NCBI GenBank assembly: GCA_028534125.1
Contig: CM052816.1
Span: 85,996,001 to 86,060,000, forward strand
Direction of reading: 5' to 3'
From: Lama glama
Lineage: Eukaryota
DNA: 64,000 nt
In this document: positions 37,980 through 49,329 of the stretch, one piece after another
Layout: every line of letters starts with the position of its first letter
Numbering within the stretch: position 1 is the stretch's first letter
Notes under the pieces: generated by a model
The model's input: the letters and a program-made list of their open reading frames with translations, nothing else
The model's database searches: none
Told to the model about the DNA's origin: nothing
Translations under genes and position numbers: made by a program

Positions 37980-40700
37980 GAAAGTGAGTTCATGTGTTTA
38001 TTTTCCTTGTGTTGTGTCTGCATTTCCCACTGTGCTTGTTATAAATGTGACCATCCATAGTGTTTGGTGCCATTGGATTTGTAACTGTTACATTTTAATT
38101 TTTATCAGGCTTTTCTCTGTTATAGATTGGTATTTTCTAAGTTATTAAATGTGTTTTGACATTGGTTACGCTCTGATTTTTTTTTCTTTAAGGCAATTCT
38201 TTGCCTTTTATTTATTTAATTTTATTGATCTTTGTTCATCGTTTCCAGTTACAGCTTTCTAGAACATACTTATTAGATACACAAGATTTCATATTTATAA
38301 ATCAGCATTAGGAATTTTTCTCATTTACATATTTATCCCATTAAATGGTATTGTGGTTACAGAATATGTTAGAGTTTTCCATATTTTGATGTCTTATTTT
38401 CTCATATTAATTCTTTCTGCTGTTGTAGTTTTTATTAAAATGTATCTTTTTTTCTGGGTTTTCTTTTTGGGAAAACAAAGTATCTACTGCTCTTTGTGTT
38501 GGTAACATAAATTTAAGTAATACATTTTATCATCTATATTTTTCACTTTAGAAATAAGAAATAAAATATCACCCATTATCAATTCATCTTAAGAATGATA
38601 GTATCAATTTATTTAAATTTCCTTTTGATGTTACATAAACAACTTTTATTATCATGCTCTGAGGTCTGGCTCTAGTTCTTTCAGTCATACTGTTAATCAA
38701 TCATATACTTTTTTATGAAGTATGTATTTGCATACATTTATTTTGTTTTGTTTTGTGTTCATTCTTTCAGTTGAATATCTTGTCCTATAGTAAGCAGCAC
38801 TTAAAAAAAACTATATTGCTTAGTCTTTTGTTTATATTCATATCTGAATTAACTGAATTTTAGAATTAGTAGAGTTTTGGTCTGCAGGCATATATATTTA
38901 TTGTTTTATTTAAAGGATTAGTACAAACTCTATCCTCTCAGTCTTTGAAGGATTGGTACTATATGCCTGCCACTTTAAACATGTAAATAAAATTGTATCA
39001 CTACAAATGTTTTAGCTTACTTTTTTATGTTCTCAGAAAATGTTATGCACAATGTACCTACCACTTTTTTTTCATAAGAAGTGATGCTTTGAACGTTTCT
39101 GAATCCAGCCAGTTTTCTCGTTTCCCTTCACTTGAGCACTCCCATATTCCCCCTCCTGACTCCAAACACTTAAATCCTCTCTCTCTCTTTCTCCTTCTCT
39201 CTCACTTTCTTCCTGTCTCTACTTTTACTTCTACCTCTGCCTCTGCAATCATCCCTATCTTTCATTTCTTCTGGAAATTTAGTCTTTCTTTAAGTTCCAG
39301 TAATAAAACCATGATTGACATGTGTCCTTTTTGGTGGTCTCTTATTAAAATGTTTTAGTTATTCTGTCAAGCCAGAAAAGTTGTTCTTATAATGTTTTAA
39401 ATATATTTAATTTTTTTAGTGTAGTTTCTCTTTTATTTGTGTGTTCTCTACAATGAGGTGTACATTCTAGCTCTATTTCCAACCTCTATATTGTCATAAT
39501 CTCTAATTAATTCATGTCTTTCTTCTTCCTATAAATATTATGTATGTTTCTTACTGCTGTATTGCATATCACTAACCTGGTGATAATTACTGTTTCTGAT
39601 TACTTTATTGATATACTATCATTTTCCCTTAATGTTTGTAAATTTTTTTTTGTTTCTTAATTAATGACATTCTGTGGACTACCTCATCTTTTATGGTTAT
39701 CTCAAATATGTCAGTTCTCTTTTGTTTCTTTGACCATATAAAGTCTTTGTGTTCAAAATCTGTTTCTCAAGTTTTATTAAGTGTAATGACTTTTCACCTG
39801 CCTTGCTTTGCAAGACAATTTTACTGTTCTTGTTCATTTCTCCTATAATATTTACACACAGTTATCATGCTGATTCTTCTCAGCCTCAGGATGAGAATGG
39901 CTCTATGTAGCCCTTCTATCAGTCCAAATATAGGGAAGCTAGATTCTCTTATTCTGCCTCCTTCTATATTGCAGTCCTGTATTTTCCATTTGGAGTTTCC
40001 ACGTGAATGCTTGTTGTCGACAGCTTGTATCTACAATCACTTATTTTATTGTCTATTCCAGGAAGAAGGAATGAGACAGTCAGAGGATTTATACACTGAA
40101 CTCGGTAGATTGGCCTTTCTTCACTTTCTCCATTTCCCTACCTAAATTTTGTTAAATGACATCATCAGGCTGACACTTTCTACTTCCATTTGGCAATATT
40201 TATTACATAGGACATCCCTTTGGTTTTCAATTAATCTCTTGAATCAGAATACTTCATTGAGTTGACTGAGTTTAGCTTTTATTGGCTGTTGGAGAAAATT
40301 AGCCTTGGCTAATGATGGAGAAGCTGAATGAAAGTTGAATTTGAAGTTCTTACAATGATGACATTGGTGTATGTTATCTGTAGTGAAGTACTGGGCTTTC
40401 CTGAGAAACTTCTGAGCATTTTCTTTCTGAGTCACAGGCATCTATGTTTGTTACTGTTCTTGTTTTTTCCTTTTTTGCTCTTGGGAAGTTAATGCTGATG
40501 GAGGTCATACATTTTAGAAAATTATTCTTCTGACATTCTCCTAATTCCTTCCCAGACAGACAAAGGAAATGCTATTTTGTAGTAATTCTTTCGGATTCTG
40601 GTGGATTGCTATTTTTTTAATCTTGTAGTTAAAGCGCATTATTTTGATTCTCTTAAATGAAATATTAGCAAGATCTTTTTTTGCCATTATTGTTTTATCT
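37980..40700 (-). mobile_element. Very degraded antisense L1-like (L1M/HAL1) sequence
   Basis: Long T-rich strand-asymmetric stretch with ORF1-like antisense phrases. Subfamily not resolvable by eye. Confidence 0.4.
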
Positions 40701-41054
40701 ACTGTTAATATTGTTATCCAATCATCTTTTTGAAGTGTTATACTTAAGAAGGGTAATGTTCTTAAACTGAGGTGTCAAGCAATCACCACAATGTAGATCT
40801 CTATGACAGTGAAAAACTCATTTGTCTAGTATGGATTTCACATTTTGATTTAATTATTTTAATTCATTTGACTTTGTACATTCATACTTTTTTTTAAATG
40901 CAAATTTTTTTTGTTTTTTGTTTTTAATCTTTGTAGCAGTTGTACTTGTGTTGCCATCTTGATTATAACACAATCATCTCTATATGTTTTAAATTAACAT
41001 TTATTCACTGTATACTGGCCCATTTATGGATACACTGTTTTTCTTAATCGAGCA

Positions 41055-41380
41055 TTATTTAGCTATATTTGACATACCACATTGTGTAACTTTAAATTGT
41101 GCATGTTGACTTGATACATTTATATGTTGCGAAATGATTACCACCATAATGTGAGCTAGTACCTCCTGCCTAATACACATATGATAAATTTTAGCATCTT
41201 AACCATTTTTAAGTGTACAGTTCAGTAGTGTTAAGTACATTCACATTATTGTGCAGCTAACTTCCAGAAGTCTTTTCATCTCTCACAACTAAAGCTCTGT
41301 ATAACTTAAACAGCAATTCCCCATCCCCGTCTCCTCCCAGACCTGGCAACCCCCATTCTACCTTGTACCTCATGATTACT
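41055..41380 (-). mobile_element. L1MA/L1MB-type 3' end fragments
   Basis: gaaatgattaccaccataa; ttaaccatttttaagtgtacagttcagtagtgttaagtacattcacatt; cctggcaacccccattcta. Confidence 0.8.
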
Positions 41381-43799
41381 TTGTAAACCATCTCTTATTG
41401 CAGAACATTTTGCAGACTTAATGTTGTTTAATTTACTCCCCACTTAAAAAAAAAAAGTACAGGAGGGTAAGATTTTATCTGGTGTTTTCATTACTGTATC
41501 TCTCATGCAAGAAATGTATGTCTCAATATGTAATTTTGGAATGAATGGCTCCTTCCAAAAATGAACTCCTCCCAATTTTTTATGTTTGATGATAAAAAAT
41601 AATAAAATCTTAAACATCATTCAGTTGAAGAGTTCTCAAAAGCTATTAGACTATGGTTCTATTAAGTACATATACCACCAAAAAATTATGAAATGTGTGA
41701 CATTTGTTTAGATACATGAAAATGGAAAAGCTTATTCAATAATGATCTACTTTATTTTACACTTCATAATATAAAATACACTATATCTAGGAATGTATAT
41801 GTTCAACCAAAATTCTACTCTGTTATATTGTCTTATTTATAAAAGACTTGTTTCATTTCAGGGGTTATTTTTAACATTTGGGGGATTTTTTTTTTATTTT
41901 TGTTATTTGAAACTAATCATGTTTTATGAAAACTAAGAAAAAAGTACAGAACTTTAAGAATTCCCATTACCCAGTAGTATTAAAATGAACTATAATTGTA
42001 ATTAAAATTTCATAGTTATAGTTTTGTTTTAATGAGATATTAAATGCTAATCTTCTCATATATTGTATTGTTCTGAAAATTTTTATACTTATCATTTGGG
42101 AATCTTGGACAAACTATAATAATAAAATTTAAAATATTCTGTTCCCAAGTGGGAATGAGTATTAGATGGATAAATTGATATTGAGACAAAGAAGGGAATA
42201 AAAAGAAGCTGCTATCCTAGAAGAATTGCCCTGGATTTATGTCTCCCACATGGTAGCATCTGTTAGGACTTTCTCCTAAAAATACTCTTTTGGCACTAAT
42301 TTTTTAACTCTCATTTGTACAACAAGGAAAGATGGATGAACAGAGAATGAGAAGAAATGACAGCTATTCTTATAATCAGTTGAGAAGAGAAAAAAATATT
42401 GAACCTAATTTTCTAACAATTTCTAATGGCAGTTATATTTCCCTTAAAAGGTATTTAACTAATGTATTTTTTTATTAGATTAAGCAGTGGGAGGGGGAAA
42501 GCTAAATGACAGAGAATAATGGTATAGAATTTTACAATTCTCAATCTTAGTCAGGTATTAGAATCATCTGTGTGTGTGTGTTTGGGTGTTTCATTTCCTC
42601 TCTGTGTTTTAACAAAAGAAGAGTAAAATGACTTAGGCTCTAAGAGTAATTTTATCATTTTATAAATAAGTTATATTTTCCTTAATCTCTAGAAAATAAA
42701 CTTAGAAGCCTGTGTACACAAGCACACACAAAGGAATTTGGATATTTTTCTCTAGTGTGAGTTGCCCCTATTGGGAAAATGATATTTTCCTATTCATTTC
42801 AGGTGATTTCAGATTTGATATTTTAGCTCAGTAAATTGTAATTAAATTGAGACTAATTAGAATGGGAAATCAAAAACAAATGAATTGACAAGGTGAATCA
42901 TTCCCTTAAGACTAAGAAGAAATTTAAAATTAAAAGTAATTTTCTCAGGCAAAGAGAAAATTATCATCATTATAGGTCAATTACCTAAGGCATTCTGGAG
43001 TAGTTTTACTGTAAGAAATAATGAACATGGGGCCCCACATTGTTAAGATTACAAAGGAAAATAGTTGGCCAAGAAATTAATTTTAACTTTTTGTTCCTAT
43101 GACTATTGTACATATTTATTAAACAATAATCTAACCATAGAGATGTGCCTAAGGCATCAGAAAATGCACCAGAAGCCCACAGTTGGTGTTATGATATCTT
43201 TGCCATTATGAAACATTTTGGTTTGCAGATTTTTATATATGTCTAAATTAATTAAGGAACTACAAAAGCGTATTTGCTTTGTTTCACACTGTCTTCAAAA
43301 ATAAATATGTATGGTCCTGAGTTTTGGTTCTTTAAGATGTTGAAAAATAGCATATACATGAATGAAAAAAAATACATATTAGGTGGAAACAGCCATACAA
43401 ATTTGCTACTTTTCTAAGTTAAAATTGGTAAAATATTGGGAATTTTATTTAATTCAACCTATATTATAAAATCCAATTTATCCACAAAGTCCTAAGGAGG
43501 ATTTGAATTTTGTTGGCATTGACAGTTACTTAATAACAGGAATGGAAATAAAAGCAAAGCCTTTTTAACTCTCACTACAATACTCTTTTACTTATTCCAC
43601 AAAATATCAAGTGAAAACATAACCATATACTGGAGTGAATATCTGTTTTTGCACATACAAATATCCTGATAATTTCCAAAGAGCTATTCTATCTCTGTAC
43701 AGTATGAATCTTTCCTGAGACAAAGTACAAAAATTCAAGTTGTGCCACCAACCCATTGCTAGCGGAAATGATTAAAGAATAGGGAACTACCCGGGATTT

Positions 43800-45050
43800 C
43801 ATGTCCCTTTTTGTCACAGCTCTGTGCAGGCTATCATCACATATGTCTCCTGGATAAGTGCAAAGTCTCTTAACTTTAGTCTGGCCCGCTCCAGTCTATC
43901 CTCTCTGGGTAGCCCCTGCAATTTCCAATGCAAATTGGATCACCACCATCACCAATCACCCCCACAGCCTCCCACCTCCTTTCTTCTCTCAACGCACACT
44001 TTAAAAGATCTGTAAGGACTTCTTGTTGCCTTTAGCAATAATTTCAAATTTGTTATGCTTTTAAATCCTCATTATTATCTAAACAAATTAACCCCTAGAC
44101 TCAAGATTGTTCATTCCCAAAGGCTTCCTGCCCCTATCCAGTCCCCTTCCCTGGCCAACACATCAAACAGAGTGAGTTGGATATATTTCCGCTAAACTTC
44201 TTGTCAGTTTTCCAAATATATGGTACCTTCTCTTATTCAGTTCTCTCAGTAACTCATATTTTGTAAAATACTTGCTCAGTACTCTCCTTGAACCTCCAGC
44301 CTTCAGCTGTCTGCTAAAAGGACCGCTTTTCTATCATAGTTTCTGTGACTCCCAAGTGTACGGGCTTGTATGAGTTTTGTACTGCTACTGCAACAGATTA
44401 CCACAGCTCTAGAGGACTAAAACAACATGAGTGCATTATCTTACAGTTCTGAGGGCCAGAAGTCTGACTCAGATCTAACTAGGCTAAAACCAAGGTGTCA
44501 ACAGCGCTCCGTTCTCTCTGGAGGCTGTAGGGAGAATTCATTTCCTTGGCCTTTTCAGCGTCTAGCGGTTCCTCTCACTCCTTGACTCATGGCTGAACTT
44601 CACCTTCACAGCCAGCAATGGGCACAGGAGTCTTTCTCACATTACGTCACTCTAATGCTATCTTCTCTCTCTCTCTTTCATTTATAAGTAACTGTTTGAT
44701 TACAATGGGCCCAGAAGAATAATTAAGTATAATATTCCTATTTATAGGTCAACTGTTAAGCAAAATTAATTCCATCTGCAACTCCATTGCCTCTTTTCTA
44801 TGTAAGATAATATTTCACAGGTTCCAAGAATTAGAGCAGGGGGATGTTTAGGGGACGTTACTCTGCCAAGCATGGGCTGCTAACAAGACTGCATTCTCAT
44901 GGCACTGTTTAAACGACAGGTATCAGGCTCCCTTCCCACTCTGTGTAAGCCAATTCAACAAGAATCAGACAATCTTATTTATCATTTAGTCTTTGTTCTT
45001 AGTTATATGATGTATTACATAAAGTAGGATTACATATAATAATTAAGCAC
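43800..45050 (+). mobile_element. L2 LINE fragments, split by the MLT1D insertion
   Basis: caggctatcatcacatatgtctcctggat...; aaatgcaaattggatca-like segment; taaacttcttgtcagttttccaaa. Confidence 0.55.
44367..44872 (-). mobile_element. MaLR solo LTR, MLT1D-like, full length
   Basis: TGT...CA ends, about 505 bp. Contains ttatcttacagttctgagggccagaagtctga, ctggaggctgtagggagaat and ttaattccatctgcaac. Flanking duplication gggct (44362-44366 / 44874-44878). Confidence 0.9.
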
Positions 45051-47454
45051 AAGTCATAAATAAACCTGAGGCATATTAGGAATATTTCAGAAAAATGTTA
45101 GTACCTGGGAATGAGACTAAGGGATATATCAAATTGCTTCCTTAAAAAAATTCAGAATCTGGATTGCAGCTCTGCTCAGTTTCATTGCTGGCTTCCTATT
45201 CTGAACCAGGATTACTTCTGTGTTATCACTATTTTGCTTTGTATCAAAATGTTTTATTATAAATAACACCCCTTTGAAATATTTTCTCCTCTCCTTTGTG
45301 CCTGCATCCCTGACTTCCCTTTATCCTTAATTCCACTTTGCTCTCCATTTTTTGTTGTTGTTGTTTATTTACTATTTTTAAATAGTGGAGGAGCACAAAG
45401 TAAGGTGTGCTAATACAAAGTACCAAGAGCAAGCAAACTAAAGACAGCAGAGAGGAAAGACAGTTTGGGGACCTCTTTGGATTACTGGTCTATATTCAAC
45501 TGTAGTCTACTTGTGATTTCATTCCCCTAAATTTGTAATGGTGTCTCATTTAACTAAAGAATTTTAACTAAACTTTTATTATAGGCATATTTATATTGAA
45601 AATTTCTTTCATTAGATTATCATACAGTACCCGGTGAATGCTTTTGTTGTTTTGGTTCTTAGAATCCGTTACAAATTATTAGCTTTCAGAATTTACAGAA
45701 TGAACAAGGAAAAACCTTTCAGTCCACCAGCCAAGAAAAGTGATTTTACTATAGCACTGCCCGTCTTGTAACCTCCATGATGGCAGGGACTGTTCACTGG
45801 AAACTGCACTACAGCTTCCCCCAAAGTACCATATGCTTCCTCTGCTCTACTTGTGAAGAGATGGCCTCCTCCCAGAGGAGTGTTATCCCACATTGCTCAA
45901 TTCTGTCTTCACTTCTTGAGTGTCTACTTGGAGGAACACATCTTGTGTGTCTCTTAGCATTGAGAAAATATTGGAAATGCTTTCTTTCCTTTCTTTCTAG
46001 CCTCTATGGCACAACGAAGCACCATGGAAAATACTAGAGTAGGTTCTGAGTCAAGCAATATGCGTTATTGGCAAAATTAGCAACTGAAAGTATCCTGAAC
46101 CAGGAAGTGAGGTTTTTGAATCATTCATCTCATAGTTGACCAGCATCACCTCTCCAGCTGACCTTATCAGCTCAGTGTTACCCTCTGAGAATGACTGTTT
46201 CAGTTCCATGTTGGTGCAGAGGATCTTAACATGTATAATGTTGTTACCCAATTTTCATAACTTATGAAATGTTAGATATCAAAAAGACTTTTTCATAACT
46301 CATCTGGGACATTTCAGTTGAGAAAAGAGGAAGTCAGCTAAAATGCAATCCATCACCTTACCTTACAACATAGATTACCGGTAGCTTCAAATTGTTTAAA
46401 AGAACTCTGTGGTAAACTATTTTAGCTATTCCTTAAATCCCTTTCTGCTGGTGTGCCAGAATACAGGACCGAAACAATCCATGTTATTAGAGTGCAGACT
46501 CAGATGGTCAAATTTTGTGTGCTTTCTTCAACTCCACACAACTTCCCAGAGAAGTAAAGAATTTTGTGTCTCTAATGAATATTATAAAAGTGTCAAAATT
46601 GCAGAGTATAAACTATGTGGATTGCAAAACATATGATCTGTTTCTATTTTTCTATGTTTTTTACTAAAATTATAGAATCAAAAATTCTCATCATGATACA
46701 AAATATAAACACTCACTTGGAACAAATTGCTGGAGTTTGCCACAGTTAGGGGCTAAAATGTTTTACTATGCAGTGCTAGTTCGTGACAACCAATGGAAAC
46801 ATATTTGTCTTCTAGCCATTAGATATTTTTGTTCACTACTCTCTGGGAAGATTGTATTTCATATTTATGTCTATATCAATTGCCAGCCATCCCTCCCTCA
46901 ATGTATTTCAGCCATGCTGCATTCTAAGTGTTACTCCAAATTTGCTCCTGGTTTAGAACCTTATCCTCGATGTTCTGTCTGATATGTCCTGCATTTAGGT
47001 ATTCAGTTCAACCCACACATGAGTCCTTCTTGTTATTGAGATCTTAACCCAAACATCTTCTTCACATCAAAACTTTCCCTACTACCCAGTCTGACTTCAA
47101 TTCCTGATTCTAAGAAGTAGTAACCAAGCTTCATTTATCTATTTTTAATTGCTTTGAAATCATACAGTTCGTATGTGTTTTACTGGTGTATTGTCTGACC
47201 CACTGCTAGAACACAATCTAATGAAAAGCATGATCTCATCTCCCTCAACACTGTGTTAATGCCTAAATTAACCCTGGTAATCTTTACACCAGAACAACTT
47301 TATAGAAGCATAGCTAGAAAATAAACTGTATTATGTCTCTGGAAGAAAACTGCATCATCTCTGTTATTGATGTATGCACAATAGTCATCTTCATATGAGA
47401 AGAAGAAATTAAGATTTATTCATAACTTCACTCAAAAATACAAGAGTAAACTTT

Positions 47455-47602
47455 TAGTCCCAGATTTCTTATTTCACTCCTTGTGTAATCTTTCAAGGGT
47501 CAATTAGTGTTTTTTGATTTTTTTTTTAATTGTAGAAAACTGTAAAAAAATTCACACCTCAGAATTATTATGAGAATGAAATGAAATAATTCATGTGAAA
47601 TA
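47455..47602 (+). mobile_element. MIR SINE remnant
   Basis: Core-like cacctcagaattattatgagaatgaaatgaaataattcatgtgaaa. Confidence 0.6.
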
Positions 47603-47604
47603 TC

Positions 47605-47760
47605 ACCAAGGGAAAATAGGTGCCTTTAGAAGCTAAGAAAGGTCAGGAACAGATTCTCTCCAGAGCCTCAGAAGGAACCAGCCCTGCCCACTCACACCTT
47701 GATTTTTGTACTTGGCCTCTTGGTCTCTAGAACTGTAAGATAAAGTTGTTTAGAATAAGC
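47605..47760 (+). mobile_element. MLT1D/E-like LTR 3' fragment
   Basis: tagaagctaagaaaggtcaggaacagattctctccagagcctcagaaggaaccagccctgcc...caccttgatt...tagaactgtaagata. Confidence 0.75.
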
Positions 47761-48339
47761 AAAAAAAAAATTAATATAATATATCAAATGACTCCTTAAA
47801 CACATTAACAGGTGCTTTTGTAAGCAAAACTAATAAAAAGAGGAAAAAAGTCATTGCAATCTGAGTGATAGAAAAAGCCAGGGAACTACTAAATGTTAAA
47901 TTTGATGGTAAATTATAATCTGACTGAGCAGAGTGATTTTCAGTTCATCTTTTCCTTAGAATTTAGAATTTAACATTTTGATTCTTTGCACAGTGAGTAA
48001 AGAAATGAGAAAATGAAATCTCAGTGGAAACTCCTCTTTGATTCTCTGCTTCAGATCTTTTCTCTGTGTTTGGGATCTATATTGCATATTCTTCCTTTGA
48101 TCTCTGCCTGAAAAGGCCACTGACAACTGATAGAAACTTTGGTATCAAAAGTCCTAGGTGGACATACACAAGAGAAAAGTTTGAAATTGTGTGTAGTAAG
48201 GATATTTTAGGTATATTACAACTATGATAAATCCAATTACTATATTTTTAAAATAACTGATTGCCCAAATAGTAACAATGAGTCTACTCATATATCCATC
48301 CTTCCTCTTTCATTATACCTTAGTATTACAATAGTTTTA

Positions 48340-48691
48340 TGTCGGAACCAGCCGACAATCGATCAGGTCCAGAAATCTGTGCTGCAGGACTGAGAAAAGG
48401 AAAGACGTAACAAAGAGACAGCAAGACAAGAAAAGTTGGGGTTGAGAGGGTCTCACTCTAGCCCGCAAGACGCTGGGTCAAGAGTGGACGAAGAGTTTAT
48501 TTCTTGCAGTCAATTTATATGATTTTAACCCATTAGCTCATACATTCCTGCCTGTAGGCAAAGGTATTGTTTTAAGGCGTGTACTAAAACCATTAACTTG
48601 TATATTGTTACAGACATCATTATTGTTTACAGTTCTTGTAAAACTAAGATTAAGAGTTCCTGGAACCAAGATGATAAGCTAAGACATTGTT
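48340..48691 (-). mobile_element. Young retroviral LTR (U3 part, R, U5), possibly class II/ERVK-like, truncated by the assembly gap
   Basis: Minus strand: TATAAA (48514-48519), then AATAAA (48496-48501), then a pyrimidine-rich U5 ending ...GGTTCCGACA at 48340. 8 CpGs in about 350 bp within a CpG-depleted window. Confidence 0.7.
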
Positions 48692-48791
48692 NNNNNNNNN
48701 NNNNNNNNNNNNNNNNNNNNNNNNNNNNNNNNNNNNNNNNNNNNNNNNNNNNNNNNNNNNNNNNNNNNNNNNNNNNNNNNNNNNNNNNNNN
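48692..48791. other. Assembly gap (100 N)
   Basis: Run of exactly 100 N. Confidence 0.99.
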
Positions 48792-48799
48792 TCAAATGT

Positions 48800-49300
48800 A
48801 TGATAAAAGAGTAAACAGTTCATTTAAAATGTCTCAAAATCCACAGAAGATGGGGAAAATATCCAATTGATATATGGAAAGGGTGTTTAATTACTAGCAA
48901 GGGAAAAGCATTTCAAAAAGCTAGTAAAAAATTATTGTCAATGCAGAGATTATAAAGTTAAGCAATGTAATTATGTATGTCCAGTGCCTATTAATGTAGG
49001 GTATCCAGGAACTCTAATACATTGTTGATAGGAGGGTAAATTGCTATGTTCTTTTGGAACACTATCTGACAATATAAAGCTTTTTTTTAATTAAATGTGC
49101 TTATTATGTGTTTAAGTAATATCACTTTTGGGAAATTATTGTCAACTATATGTACTTTTAATTTAGTTAGAATAGAAACACACATACATCATTTTTGGTA
49201 TTGATAAAACAAAAACTAGAATGCCTATGTTTAGGAACATTGTTGAAGCTTCTCATATAACCATATAATGGATTAATGTCAGTAAAATATGAAGTAAATA
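48800..49300 (+). mobile_element. Degraded old L1 ORF2 3' fragment
   Basis: ggaactctaatacattgttgataggagggtaaattgcta...ttttggaac (ELSYIVGGSVNWY..LE-like). Confidence 0.5.
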
Positions 49301-49329
49301 GAAACACTTTTAAAAATTATGACACGCCT

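Noticed and set aside
38993..39358. 121-aa ORF
   Set aside because: It lies in pyrimidine-rich degraded antisense L1-like sequence and has a low-complexity S/L/F composition.
48598..48870. 90-aa ORF
   Set aside because: It spans the 100-N gap.
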